Source of the DNA: Planctomycetia bacterium
GTDB lineage: Bacteria; Planctomycetota; Planctomycetia; Pirellulales; S012-138
Direction: 5' to 3'
Length of the DNA stretch: 64,000 nucleotides
Assembly (NCBI GenBank): GCA_016177915.1
Contig: JACOUI010000261.1
Coordinates: 4,924 to 68,923 of the forward strand
Numbering within the stretch: the first letter of the stretch is position 1; each line of letters begins with the position of its first letter. Shown here piece after piece: positions 53,701 to 62,040 of this stretch. A program made the translations under genes and the position numbers. Below the pieces are notes generated by a model that worked only from the letters and a program-made list of their open reading frames with translations, was not told where the DNA came from and did no database searches.

Positions 53701-55090
53701 GTTCGGTCAAACTCCAGTTGCCGAACACCGGTCGGCCGAAATGGTCGATGCCAATCTCCCCATCCATGTAACAACCGACTCGGACAGTACCCGAGAACTG
53801 CTGCTCGACGAGATCGAGCGCCTCCGGGATGTCGAAGCCGAGTCGGTGCCGCTCCCGGTAACGGGCGACGCAGCCAATAAGAAGAGCTCCCACACGAGTG
53901 CTCGGCTGACTGAGGCTGCGGCCGATCCAATCATGCACCCTTGTAACCGACTGCTGGGTCTTCCCCGGGTGGGGCCGAACAATATGAAGAGTCGCTCCAG
54001 CCGGGATTCGGCGCGGCACGCTGATGACAGAACCTGTCTGCTTCGGCTGCGCAACCACCCGGTCGCCGTAAGGGGTCTCCATGCAGAAGAGGTCCGTCGG
54101 CCCGAGTTCCTTCATGAGCTCCTCCGGTGACTTCTCCCCCCACAGCGCCGAGATCACATGTTCGTGGTCGCTCACCTCCTTCACATGGATGCTCCGCAGC
54201 GCTGGGCCGAGACCGTGGTTCAACCCCATGCCGTAGGTGACATCGGTGTCCACGAGCGCGACAACAGCGGCCCGGGCGAAGACCTGCCCCTCAGCGAACT
54301 GCGCCCCCATCCCCGGCTGAAGGCCTCCGCTCGCCACCCCGCCGAACGTGTGGATCCGGCCGTGCAGTTGGTTCCGTAACTCGGTGAAGATCTCCGGAGC
54401 CCTGTACCAGCGAGGGTCCCCATCCGCCCCGTAGCCCGGCAGGAACGTCAGGACAAACCGGTTACCCCGTGGCTGGCTTGGGAATCCGCCACAGAGGCCA
54501 AGGTGTTCAAGCATGCCAGTGACGGCCCCCACAGGGTCGTCTTGAGCACCGAGCCCCACGGCAACCCGGACTGCCATGAACCTGGATGCGAACCCCAAGA
54601 GCATCGCCCCGCGCTCGTGACAGCCATGATCGAAGCAGCAGACAGCGACTGAAGCACCGATAACAGGCACCTCGCCCAAGCCCATTTCTCGCAGGTTCGC
54701 GTGAACGGCTTGCAAGAGATCCTCGTATGGTTGAAAGCTTGGCGTGACGAGAAGCAAGTAAAGACGGGCCGGGAAAGGCTCCTCGTCCCGAGCACTGCCG
54801 ACAATCTGCTGGACAAGGGCAGCGCCATCCCTGCTGAGCGATCCGGACGGGCTCTCCAACGTTCCCAAAGTGACCCGTAAGTACGTGCTGCGTGGCCCGC
54901 CACTATCGCTAGACCCTGACCCGCCTGCTCTCATCTCGTCATGAACCTTGCGCGGCACGATTGTGATCTCCTCGTAAGCGTTCGGCAACTGATCGACAAG
55001 ATCGGGGCCCGGTTTCAAGGTGCCGTAGACGACGCCGTTCTTGGCGATCCTCCGACCGTCGAAGTCCTCCGCCTTTCCCGCGGCCACCAT
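50765..55090 (-). CDS. large cytoplasmic sensor histidine kinase (FIST-like N-terminus, multiple GAF-like modules, HisKA/HATPase_c)
   Basis: No TM segments noticed. C-terminal GGRLELVIRY...ILVADTGSGISAADVERI...GMGLFLSRLYCESHGGQLEIDSCPSEGTRVRITLP is a canonical HATPase_c. Upstream domain calls are by pattern only. Confidence 0.8.
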   Translation of the reverse strand: MVAAGKAEDFDGRRIAKNGVVYGTLKPGPDLVDQLPNAYEEITIVPRKVHDEMRAGGSGSSDSGGPRSTYLRVTLGTLESPSGSLSRDGAALVQQIVGSARDEEPFPARLYLLLVTPSFQPYEDLLQAVHANLREMGLGEVPVIGASVAVCCFDHGCHERGAMLLGFASRFMAVRVAVGLGAQDDPVGAVTGMLEHLGLCGGFPSQPRGNRFVLTFLPGYGADGDPRWYRAPEIFTELRNQLHGRIHTFGGVASGGLQPGMGAQFAEGQVFARAAVVALVDTDVTYGMGLNHGLGPALRSIHVKEVSDHEHVISALWGEKSPEELMKELGPTDLFCMETPYGDRVVAQPKQTGSVISVPRRIPAGATLHIVRPHPGKTQQSVTRVHDWIGRSLSQPSTRVGALLIGCVARYRERHRLGFDIPEALDLVEQQFSGTVRVGCYMDGEIGIDHFGRPVFGNWSLTELTLADDMCPSFKLRLASEAIRKHTGEAATAPSLDAAIGEVLKCVATAGYQGAMVSMVLQDDDSKQWIVAQEALGGRWQKVLPLTRREFGGEDILAEVARSQEAQYVMDATTNPHCDHEAARAGNVISFYVLPLLEHRHRSRDGSGTDEQRTLGILQIDLGDLRGLPVLSAEQQSALNALGAWASAMINRAVQTEELTPLRTLDLACVEAREKCCTFEEAASHVVVAVAKAMGAGCHIRLLDPETNKLRLIDGGWGSFYDAGQRHLREIDVHDSDAPSALSFRNNRRVLINELWPRDRTSPVQVLSDRLASSEFTTALREIGSLAILPIVRPGGSPVGVVAIDFAGGWSFTQHRLALLNDIGTRLSDLIAHVHQKKAERFLRDIKPAIGGGFHLYAALRHHAERARQAASARVTSFFLWDDMQKRFVLRAEAGWADKRWLNAAFYELGEGMTGTLAMDREPHYIDDLRVFKRDRGQTTLLKYGAEMFGFTLGDDYTCEVITLPLWFAQGPCPLAIVTNHRLRKLPIEGHEPGFATADREHLRKVAADLSAYVYGLRNSDRDLWEIGDLRRRDAVMRALLEVENEPEDVLLDAFTRKVIEEYQLRHCAIYMPDSELPLLRRVAYSKRPGCHDADRPLTVDSPDDLLWHAFRSKRIVEKRRPPTDRWHPTAVRADYIVERVCLPVVVGGQVVAAIDQHWRGRQPCGDRDPLPLHDEEKLLELANALASVIDRRRGQTQRAVQQANRALNGVAAHLAKTAHEQAKLVTSIKAWLNICLRKSRETDESEELKRAIDDVGRLIDLFRKARDSGQHLATVRRGECALDALLNEVVASHASDLERQRIDVVRTLDRAKAWVHGGQILECFENVVDNAIRSMPQGGRLELVIRYRAQLNRCEILVADTGSGISAADVERILRGEQPLDTVVRTGMGLFLSRLYCESHGGQLEIDSCPSEGTRVRITLPIREVEVLSPLRPARPTCLS

Positions 55091-55311
55091 GGTTCGAGCC
55101 GCTCAATTACCCGCCCCAGCTTGTAAAGCAACTCCCGCACCGATCTAGCCACAATCGACTGGTTTTACGGACGCCTGGGTACAAGCTTCGTCTTACCAAC
55201 TGCTTATGGCCTTCTTCCATTCATTGTGAGACGACGCTCGCCAGCCGTACTCAGTTGTCTCTCCTGGGGCGTTTATACCCCAGCGAGGGGAAACGCCACC
55301 CCAACGGACTT

Positions 55312-55466
55312 AGAGGCTGTCCGAGAAGATTCCCCGTGTTTTCTCGGAGTTTTTGACGGTAGCGTCGCAGCGATAGCGTGCGGTTTCTGCGTATCCAGCC
55401 GAAATCTCACGGACGCTGTCATTGAGAATCGCCGGAAAACACGGGGAATCTTCTCGGACAGCCTCT
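55312..55466. repeat. 32-bp perfect inverted repeat with 91-nt spacer
   Basis: AGAGGCTGTCCGAGAAGATTCCCCGTGTTTTC (55312-55343) is the exact reverse complement of 55435-55466. Confidence 0.95.
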
Positions 55467-55524
55467 TAGACGGGAGCATGAACGTTCCTTATTGTTTCGA
55501 CCTATTACCTATTGTTGGCGGCTC

Positions 55525-56616
55525 CTAACCCGTAGCTGCTGCCCGTGCCCCGGGCACGAGTGTGCCCTTACCCAACGCCTCCAGCGTGCAAATCAGTTCA
55601 CTGCTCCTCCAACTCCGAAGCCTCGCGCGAAGGTCAGACCAACGAATCCAAATCCCAGCGCCTCCCGACGACCCGCAAGAACTCGCCGTCGCCAACTCGC
55701 CTACTGTTGCGCACCAAACATGCTCATGCAACTCGTCGAACCACGGACGCGCTGCCCGCACGATTTCTGCCAGCCGTCCCGTATCGTCACCGTCCACGCG
55801 GCTCTTGACGATCCAGACGATCCGTAGCTCCCCAGCGCGCTCCTTGAAGCGACGTCCCCGTGCTACCGACTTGACCCACCGTGCTGCACGCCCATGTGTC
55901 ATCCAGACCGCGTACCGCCGCAATTTCCACGCAACTTGCTTCCGGCTCATCGTTCCCAGATCGAGTTCCACCAAAAACGCAATGAACCCGTGCCCATTTT
56001 CAACAGTGAACATCGCATCCGGACGCAGCCGTGCCGATTTGCCCAGTTCAGGTAACGCAAAAGCTGACTGCCTACCCAGCGAACGCCGCTCCACCTGCAG
56101 CAGCTTCACGTCCGTCCTAACCGCAAACTCTTTCCAGATTCCCAGCAAGAATTCCGTCAGCAGCAACTCGTGGATCACGTGCTCCGCGGAGTATCCTGCC
56201 TTACTGTGCCAGCCCTTCCGGTCCACGCGCGTCGGCTCCCACGTCTTCCCCTGCAACTTAAACGCTTCCTTGATCCTTTGCACGCCGCTCCTGGTCACGT
56301 AGTACACCTTGGGAAACAATGGCCCCACCGCGCGCGCCGGCGCCACGCCCAGCCAGCCGAGTGACTCCAACTCTTGGAGCTGCCGTCGGGCCGTCCGTCC
56401 GGACTTCAGGTACTTGGCGAACCGCCGCTGAATCTGGCTGGCCACGGCAAAGCGATTTCGGTACACCCATGCCAAGATTGCTGCGAAGTGCGGTCGCTCC
56501 TTCGGATTCTCCAGTCGGCGGCAACGGTACCGATGAACCGGCGTTACCAGCGACGGCAACTCCCAGGGCGTCAGCGGCCGCCGGCGTTTTCTCCTTGTCC
56601 ACGCTGAAACGTTCAT
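55525..56616 (-). CDS. replication-relaxation family protein, paralogue 2
   Basis: TPWELPSLVTP, AAILAWVYRNRFAVASQIQRRF...LESLGWLG, HELLLTEFLLGIW, LVELDLGTMS. ATG 56616. Confidence 0.65.
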   Translation of the reverse strand: MNVSAWTRRKRRRPLTPWELPSLVTPVHRYRCRRLENPKERPHFAAILAWVYRNRFAVASQIQRRFAKYLKSGRTARRQLQELESLGWLGVAPARAVGPLFPKVYYVTRSGVQRIKEAFKLQGKTWEPTRVDRKGWHSKAGYSAEHVIHELLLTEFLLGIWKEFAVRTDVKLLQVERRSLGRQSAFALPELGKSARLRPDAMFTVENGHGFIAFLVELDLGTMSRKQVAWKLRRYAVWMTHGRAARWVKSVARGRRFKERAGELRIVWIVKSRVDGDDTGRLAEIVRAARPWFDELHEHVWCATVGELATASSCGSSGGAGIWIRWSDLRARLRSWRSSELICTLEALGKGTLVPGARAAATG

Positions 56617-56788
56617 CGTGCCGCGTCCCCCGCTTTCGCCCGGAGGCCACGGCCACAATCAACTTGCAGAGTTTTGCAGAGAAACCCTTGAAAAAAATGT
56701 GAATCGCTTGAAAATGTGAAATGGTTGAAGTGTTCTAACGGCTGAAAGGTCCAGGATTTCTGCGGTTTGGCAAGGTTCTTGGGCGTAG

Positions 56789-56832
56789 TTTGGGACCAGA
56801 AGGTCGGGAGTTCGAATCTCCCCGCCCCGACT
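56789..56832 (+). repeat. att site: second 44-bp copy of tRNA-Pro(UGG) 3' part (right junction)
   Basis: Identical to 7303-7346. Upstream sequence is not tRNA-like. The downstream flank carries a hairpin + T run. Confidence 0.85.
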
Positions 56833-56847
56833 GGACCGTGTGGCTTG

Positions 56848-56882
56848 AAAGCCGCGTTCCCGTTGATGGGGCTGCGGCTTTT
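56848..56882 (+). terminator. weak terminator-like hairpin (probable native tRNA downstream flank)
   Basis: AAAGCCGC-N18-GCGGCTTT followed by TT. Confidence 0.35.
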
Positions 56883-56955
56883 GTGCTTTGCTGGGATGGT
56901 TTTCGGCCGAAACAAAAGCCCAACTGCGCAGTTCTGATTCCGCCGGAGCCGCGTT

Positions 56956-58149
56956 GTGAATTCCACATCCCACGATCGCCTGGCGATTCGCGGCGGGCCG
57001 GCCGTTTTGCCGGAGGGACCGCCCGATTGGCCGCTGGCGGATGACGAGGTCCTGGCGGCGCTTCAGGCGGCCTATGCGTCGGGCGATTGGGGGCGATACC
57101 ACGGGCGGAACTGCGCGGCGCTGGCGGAGGAGATCGCGCGATTCCACGGCGTCGCGCACGCGGCGCTTTGTTGTTCCGGAACCATCGCGGTCGAGCTGGC
57201 GCTGCGCGGCGTGGGCGTCGGGGCGGACGACGAGGTCGTGCTGGCCGGTTACGATTTTCCGGGGAACTTCCGGGCCGTGGAGGCCGTCGGCGCGCGCGTC
57301 GTGCTGGTCGACGTACACGAATCGAACTGGAATTTTGATCCGGACCAGCTTGCGGCGGCGTGCGGGCAGAAGACAAAGGCCGTCGTCGTCTCGCACCTGC
57401 ACGGCGGGATCGTGCCGCTGCGGGGGCTGGTGGAGACGGCGCGGTCGCGCGGCCTTTGCGTCGTGGAAGACGCCTGCCAGTGTCCGGGGGCGACAGTCGA
57501 AGGGCGACGGGCGGGAACGTGGGGGGACGTGGGCGTGTGGAGCTTCGGCGGCAGCAAGCTGCTGACCGCCGGGCGCGGCGGGGCGCTTTTCACGGATAGC
57601 GCCCTCATCCAGCAACGCATCAAGGTCGCCTCGGAGCGCGGCAACGACGCCTTTCCGCTGAGCGAGCTGCAGGCGGCGGTGCTCTTGCCGCAGGTTGCCA
57701 GGCTCGACGAGCGGAACGCCATGCGGGCGGCGTCGGTGCAGAGGTTGCTGGTGGCTCTGGCGAAGACCGTCGGCGTCCGCCCGCTTGTAAACGCCGCGGG
57801 GGATACGCAGCCGGCGTATTACAAGCTCGGTTTGAAGCTGGCGCCCGAGGAGCTGCGAGTCGTGGCTGGGGTTTCGAGCGGCGAGCGCGCCGATTTCAGC
57901 TCGGCAGCGGCGGTGCGAGATGAATTCCTCGCGGCGGTCCGCGCCGAAGGCGTCGCCTTGGACGACGGGTTCCGGGGTTTTTCGCTGCGCGGCAGCCGGC
58001 GGTGCCGAAAGCTCGGCGAATTGCGACAGTCGCAGCTTGCGGCGGAGCGGATGATGCTCCTGCATCATCCGGTGCTGCTCTCGCCCGCGGAGACGATCGA
58101 CCGGGTCGCGGCGGCGATTGCTAGAGTGGCGGTGGCGTTTTGCTCGTAG
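56956..58149 (+). CDS. DegT/DnrJ/EryC1/StrS-family aminotransferase
   Basis: LAIRGGPAV...DWPLADDEVLAALQAAYASGDWG...CCSGTIAVELALRG...DACQCPGA pattern. Confidence 0.85.
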   Translation: MNSTSHDRLAIRGGPAVLPEGPPDWPLADDEVLAALQAAYASGDWGRYHGRNCAALAEEIARFHGVAHAALCCSGTIAVELALRGVGVGADDEVVLAGYDFPGNFRAVEAVGARVVLVDVHESNWNFDPDQLAAACGQKTKAVVVSHLHGGIVPLRGLVETARSRGLCVVEDACQCPGATVEGRRAGTWGDVGVWSFGGSKLLTAGRGGALFTDSALIQQRIKVASERGNDAFPLSELQAAVLLPQVARLDERNAMRAASVQRLLVALAKTVGVRPLVNAAGDTQPAYYKLGLKLAPEELRVVAGVSSGERADFSSAAAVRDEFLAAVRAEGVALDDGFRGFSLRGSRRCRKLGELRQSQLAAERMMLLHHPVLLSPAETIDRVAAAIARVAVAFCS

Positions 58150-58217
58150 GGTAGGCGGCCCGCCTGCCATTCGTCGGCCGCCATGTCACCAACGCCGCGC
58201 AAAGCGCGGGGCGGAAG

Positions 58218-59690
58218 CTACGGCCCGTGCTGCGGCTCCGGCGGAAGAGGCGGGAGCGAGGGAGAGTCGCCGAGCCGGCAGGCGGCCGCGAATTCGCGCA
58301 GCGATTGCGTCATGCTTTCGATGATCTCCCGGCAGACCTGGGTCACGTCGTTCACTTCGTGACGGTCGTCGGGGCGGACGAAGAGTTCCAGCCGGCTGGG
58401 ATTGGCGAGCCAGGCGTCGATGGTTCTTGCGCCGGGGGTTTTTGCGTCGAGAGTTTTTGCGTCGGGTTGGGCGCCGCCGGGCGGGGGGCTTTCGGGGGGC
58501 GAAAGACGTAGGCACCAGCCGCTGGTTCGCAGGACGAGACCGGCGGGGGAGGACGTGACGGCACGGTCGCGAAGCGTCTCTTCGCGGGCGAGGATGAGGG
58601 GCCAGAGGCTCATTCCGTCGGCGGGGCGTGGGCGTTTTTCGCCGACGGCCACAGCGACAAGGAGATCGACGATGTCCCGAGTTGGCGCGTCGTGTTGAGA
58701 GCGCGCTGCTCGCAGCCATGCGGCCAGAGTCGGCTGAAAGTCGGCGGGTTGCACGAGCGCCTGGGTGCGCGCGCCGCGGACGAGGTTCGTCGGGACGCCG
58801 GATTGTTCGGGGATACGCAGCAGGAGCGGGACGTGCGTCGATTCGCCCCACGGAGGCTCGGTGGGCGGGCCGGGGCGATTTTGCGATGCGGCCGGATCGT
58901 GCGGCGATCGGGCAGCATCGTCTTCGTCAGCGCCGATGCGGCGATGGAGGCCGAGCGGGAACCCGCGCGTGCCCAGGAGAACGATCAGCGTCCGCTCCAG
59001 CCGGCCGGTGGCGCGAAGGGCTTCGACGAGGGAGCCGAGGTGCTCATCGAGCAGCGTCACTTGGCCGGCATAGGCCTGGCGGACGCCCAGCAGGTGGTCG
59101 GGGTCGAAATCGCGGGCGCTCGTCTCGCAAGGCGGGTCGACGAAGTCCGGCGGGCGAGGGTCTTCTTCGGCGGCGTAGCGCTCGCGGTATTTGTAAGGGG
59201 CGTCCCAGGCACCGGCCATTCCGCGGCTGTGGGCCCACAGGAAAAAGGGTTCGCTCATCGATTCGAGCGATTGGGCGGCCGCGGCGAAGAGCGCGGCCGA
59301 CTGCGTTTTGTCGGCAGCGCTGGCCGGTCGTTTGGACGTCTCGGGCGCAACCTCAATATGCTCGGTAAATGAACTCGCCAGCGGATGGCCGCTCACGCGC
59401 GGCTCGTCGCTGACGAGCGCGGTTTTCCATCCCAGCCGCGACGCCTCGGCTGGCAAATCGTGCGGCCGCACTGTGTCGTTGCTACCCGTCAAGAGTCGCC
59501 GCAGCGCGTGCCTGCCGGTCCAGAGCGACGTATAGACCTCGGGCAACTCCGCGGAGTCGAGCGCGACCTGATCGAAAACGAAACCGTCGGCCGCCAGATG
59601 ATCGATGCTGGGCGTGGCGATAAAGGTGTTGCCGTAGCAGCCCAGGAAGTCCGGGCGGAGGCGGTCGATCGCGAGGCAGAGGAGGTTCAT
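58218..59690 (-). CDS. sulfatase-like (alkaline-phosphatase superfamily) protein
   Basis: MNLLCLAIDRLRPDFLGCYGNTFIATPSIDHLAADGFVF N-terminus. The canonical C/S-x-P-x-R motif is not evident (YTSLWTGRHA). Confidence 0.7.
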   Translation of the reverse strand: MNLLCLAIDRLRPDFLGCYGNTFIATPSIDHLAADGFVFDQVALDSAELPEVYTSLWTGRHALRRLLTGSNDTVRPHDLPAEASRLGWKTALVSDEPRVSGHPLASSFTEHIEVAPETSKRPASAADKTQSAALFAAAAQSLESMSEPFFLWAHSRGMAGAWDAPYKYRERYAAEEDPRPPDFVDPPCETSARDFDPDHLLGVRQAYAGQVTLLDEHLGSLVEALRATGRLERTLIVLLGTRGFPLGLHRRIGADEDDAARSPHDPAASQNRPGPPTEPPWGESTHVPLLLRIPEQSGVPTNLVRGARTQALVQPADFQPTLAAWLRAARSQHDAPTRDIVDLLVAVAVGEKRPRPADGMSLWPLILAREETLRDRAVTSSPAGLVLRTSGWCLRLSPPESPPPGGAQPDAKTLDAKTPGARTIDAWLANPSRLELFVRPDDRHEVNDVTQVCREIIESMTQSLREFAAACRLGDSPSLPPLPPEPQHGP

Positions 59691-59728
59691 TCAGACAGGC
59701 GGCTTGCCCAGGAGTCAGGGGACGTGAA

Positions 59729-60070
59729 TCAGGGGTCAGGCGTCAGAAGTTCACGTTTCGTTTCGTCGGTCGCGTCGACGGACGGCGACTTATCGGACGC
59801 GGCTTGTCGTTCGGCCCGGCGTTTCCAGAAGTTGTCGGTGAGCATGGCCCCGGCGGAGGCGACGGCCAGGACGCCGATCTGAATGCCCATCACGAGGGCG
59901 CCGTGGCGGTCGAGAAAGACGAGCAGGCCCGGGCTTTTGTCGCCCAGCGCTTCGCCCTTGGTGCCGCGGAAGGCCATCACGCCGTAAGCGCAGGCCGTGA
60001 CGACAAAGGCCAGTCCGGCCAGGAGCAGGAGGGCGTAGAACGGGTTGTAGAGCGCCTTGGGTTTGGACAT
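59729..60070 (-). CDS. small membrane protein
   Basis: ATG 60070: MSKPKALYNPFYALLLLAGLAFVVTACAYGV... with two TM helices. The longer ORF start is not credible. Confidence 0.5.
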   Translation of the reverse strand: MSKPKALYNPFYALLLLAGLAFVVTACAYGVMAFRGTKGEALGDKSPGLLVFLDRHGALVMGIQIGVLAVASAGAMLTDNFWKRRAERQAASDKSPSVDATDETKRELLTPDP

Positions 60071-60368
60071 TGTGAATTCTTTGTCCGGCAATGGCGGCGC
60101 GGCGTCAAGGGAACCGTGGGGGGCAGTGAGTTGCGGTGAGTTGGTTGTTTCGCGCCCTTTGGCGCTGTAAGGTAGTCGCACCGACGCGGCGGCGCGGGCT
60201 CTTCGCGACGGAGAGTGCCGGCCGAACATCTCGCGGAGTGGCTCATGAACGATCCGGTCACGCAATCCCATGAAATGGATCTGCTGGTCGCAAGCCCTTC
60301 CACGCCAAATCGCTACATCACGCGGAGCGTGATGGCTACTAAAACGCTTTCGTAGGAGCCATTGTGCC

Positions 60369-61928
60369 ATGCGCCACGTGTCGCCTTTCGCGCGGCTGCT
60401 GTTGGTTCTCCTCCTTCTTGCCGGCGGGCTGATGTTTGACGAATCGATCCTGGCCGACGACGCGGTGATCGGTCCCGGCTACGACCGGCCGGGGCGGAAC
60501 GCGCACCAGAGCCGGTCGGTCGTGATCGCCAAGCACGGGATGGTGGCCACGGACCATCCGCTGGCCACGCTGGCGGGACTGGACGTTCTGCGGCAGGGAG
60601 GGAACGCCGCCGACGCGGCGATCGCGGCCAACGCGGTCAACGCGCTCGTCGAGCCGATGAGCTGCGGCATCGGCGGCGATTTGTTCGTCATCTATTACGA
60701 CGCCAAGACCAAGAAGCTCTACGGACTGAACGCCAGCGGCCGCAGCCCGTATACGCTCACGGGCGAGGTGTTCGCGAAGCGGGGTCTGAAGCAGATTCCG
60801 ACGGCGGGCGTGCTGGCGTGGTCGGTGCCGGGGTGCGTTTCGGGCTGGGAGGAGCTGCGCGGGCGGTTCGGGTCGATGAGTTTCGAGCAGCTCCTGGCAC
60901 CGGCGATTACGCACGCGGAAGAGGGTTTTCCGGTGACGGAGGTCGTCGCGGCCTACTGGCGGGCGGCGGAGCGGACGCTCGCGCGGCATCCGGACTCGGC
61001 GAAGACGTATCTCGTCGACGGCCGTGCGCCGCGGGCGGGCGATATTTTTCGCAATCCGTACCTGGCCCGGAGCTATCGCGCGATCGCCAAGGACGGGGCG
61101 GCGGGTTTTTACAAGGGGAGCATCGCCCGGCAGATCGCGGCCGCCAGCGCGTCGCTCGAAGGCTTCATGACGGAGAAGGACCTAGCCGACCACACGGCCG
61201 ATTGGGTCGAGCCGGTGAGCACGAATTATCGTGGTTACGACGTGTGGGAATTGCCGCCGAACGGGCAGGGGATCGCGGCCCTGCAGATGCTGAACATCTT
61301 GGAGGGTTATGACCTGAAGTCGATGGGGCACAACTCGGCCCAGCACCTGCACGTTTTCATCGAGGCCAAGAAGCTGGCGTTTGCCGACCGGGCAAGGTTC
61401 TATGCCGATCCGGCGGGCCAGAAGCTGCCGATCGCCGAGTTGATCTCGAAGCCCTATGCGGAGACGCGGCGGAAGCTGATCGACCCTGGCAAGGCGGCGG
61501 AGGACGTGCCGCACGGCGACCCGAAGCTGGCGCACGGCGACACGATCTACTTGTGCGTCGTCGACAAGGACCGCAACTGCTGCTCGCTGATCCAGAGCAA
61601 CTATTTCGGGTTTGGGTCGGGGATTGTGGCGGGCGACACGGGTTTTGCCATGCAGAACCGGGGCAACCTGTTTTCGCTCGACGACGACCATCCCAACCGC
61701 CTGGAGCCGCACAAGCGGCCGTTCCACACGATCATCCCGGCGATGGTCACGAAGGACGACCGGCCGGTGTTTCCGTTCGGCGTGATGGGGGGCGACTTTC
61801 AGCCGCAGGGGCACGTGCAGGTGCTGTGCAACATCATCGACTTCGGGATGAACGTGCTCGACTGGGAGCGGGGGACGCTCAACGGGGCAACGGAGCCGAG
61901 GAAGGACGGGTGTGCGTTGGGGTATTGA
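60369..61928 (+). CDS. ggt: gamma-glutamyltransferase family protein (possibly with internal C-terminal deletion)
   Basis: HGMVATDHPLATLAGLDVLRQGGNAADAAIA..., catalytic-Thr region HGDTIYLCVVD, FGFGSG, GGDFQPQGH, terminal EPRKDGCALGY. Confidence 0.85.
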   Translation: MRHVSPFARLLLVLLLLAGGLMFDESILADDAVIGPGYDRPGRNAHQSRSVVIAKHGMVATDHPLATLAGLDVLRQGGNAADAAIAANAVNALVEPMSCGIGGDLFVIYYDAKTKKLYGLNASGRSPYTLTGEVFAKRGLKQIPTAGVLAWSVPGCVSGWEELRGRFGSMSFEQLLAPAITHAEEGFPVTEVVAAYWRAAERTLARHPDSAKTYLVDGRAPRAGDIFRNPYLARSYRAIAKDGAAGFYKGSIARQIAAASASLEGFMTEKDLADHTADWVEPVSTNYRGYDVWELPPNGQGIAALQMLNILEGYDLKSMGHNSAQHLHVFIEAKKLAFADRARFYADPAGQKLPIAELISKPYAETRRKLIDPGKAAEDVPHGDPKLAHGDTIYLCVVDKDRNCCSLIQSNYFGFGSGIVAGDTGFAMQNRGNLFSLDDDHPNRLEPHKRPFHTIIPAMVTKDDRPVFPFGVMGGDFQPQGHVQVLCNIIDFGMNVLDWERGTLNGATEPRKDGCALGY

Positions 61929-62040
61929 GGGGGCGAGGGGTGAGGGTTGAGGAATGATGGTTACTCCAACTGCCGCCAGACAGAGAGGGGAGAGGGGGCG
62001 AGAGGGAGAGGGGGAGAGCGGAGACGAGGGAAGAGCTTCG

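Larger units (their letters stand above)
7303..56832. mobile_element. ~49.5-kb integrative plasmid-like/mobilisable element inserted at tRNA-Pro 3' end
   Basis: Flanking 44-bp direct repeats. Integrase + Xis-like next to the left repeat. RepA/ParA/iterons, replication-relaxation proteins, coupling ATPase, primase and DUF932 inside. Housekeeping-type genes resume right of 56832. Confidence 0.75.

Noticed and set aside
55226-55528. 100-aa (+) and 68-aa (-, 55273-55479) ORFs
   Set aside because: Both run through the 32-bp inverted repeat and mirror each other. They are most likely artefacts of the repeat rather than genes.
56659-58170. 503-aa minus-strand ORF crossing the att site and lying antisense to the DegT aminotransferase (similar: 58186-58851 -, 58628-59368 +, 61182-62102 -, 63005-63931 -)
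   Set aside because: The products are Arg/Pro/Ala-rich shadow ORFs. The opposite-strand or other-frame genes (DegT, sulfatase-like, ggt, DUF885) have clear family motifs.
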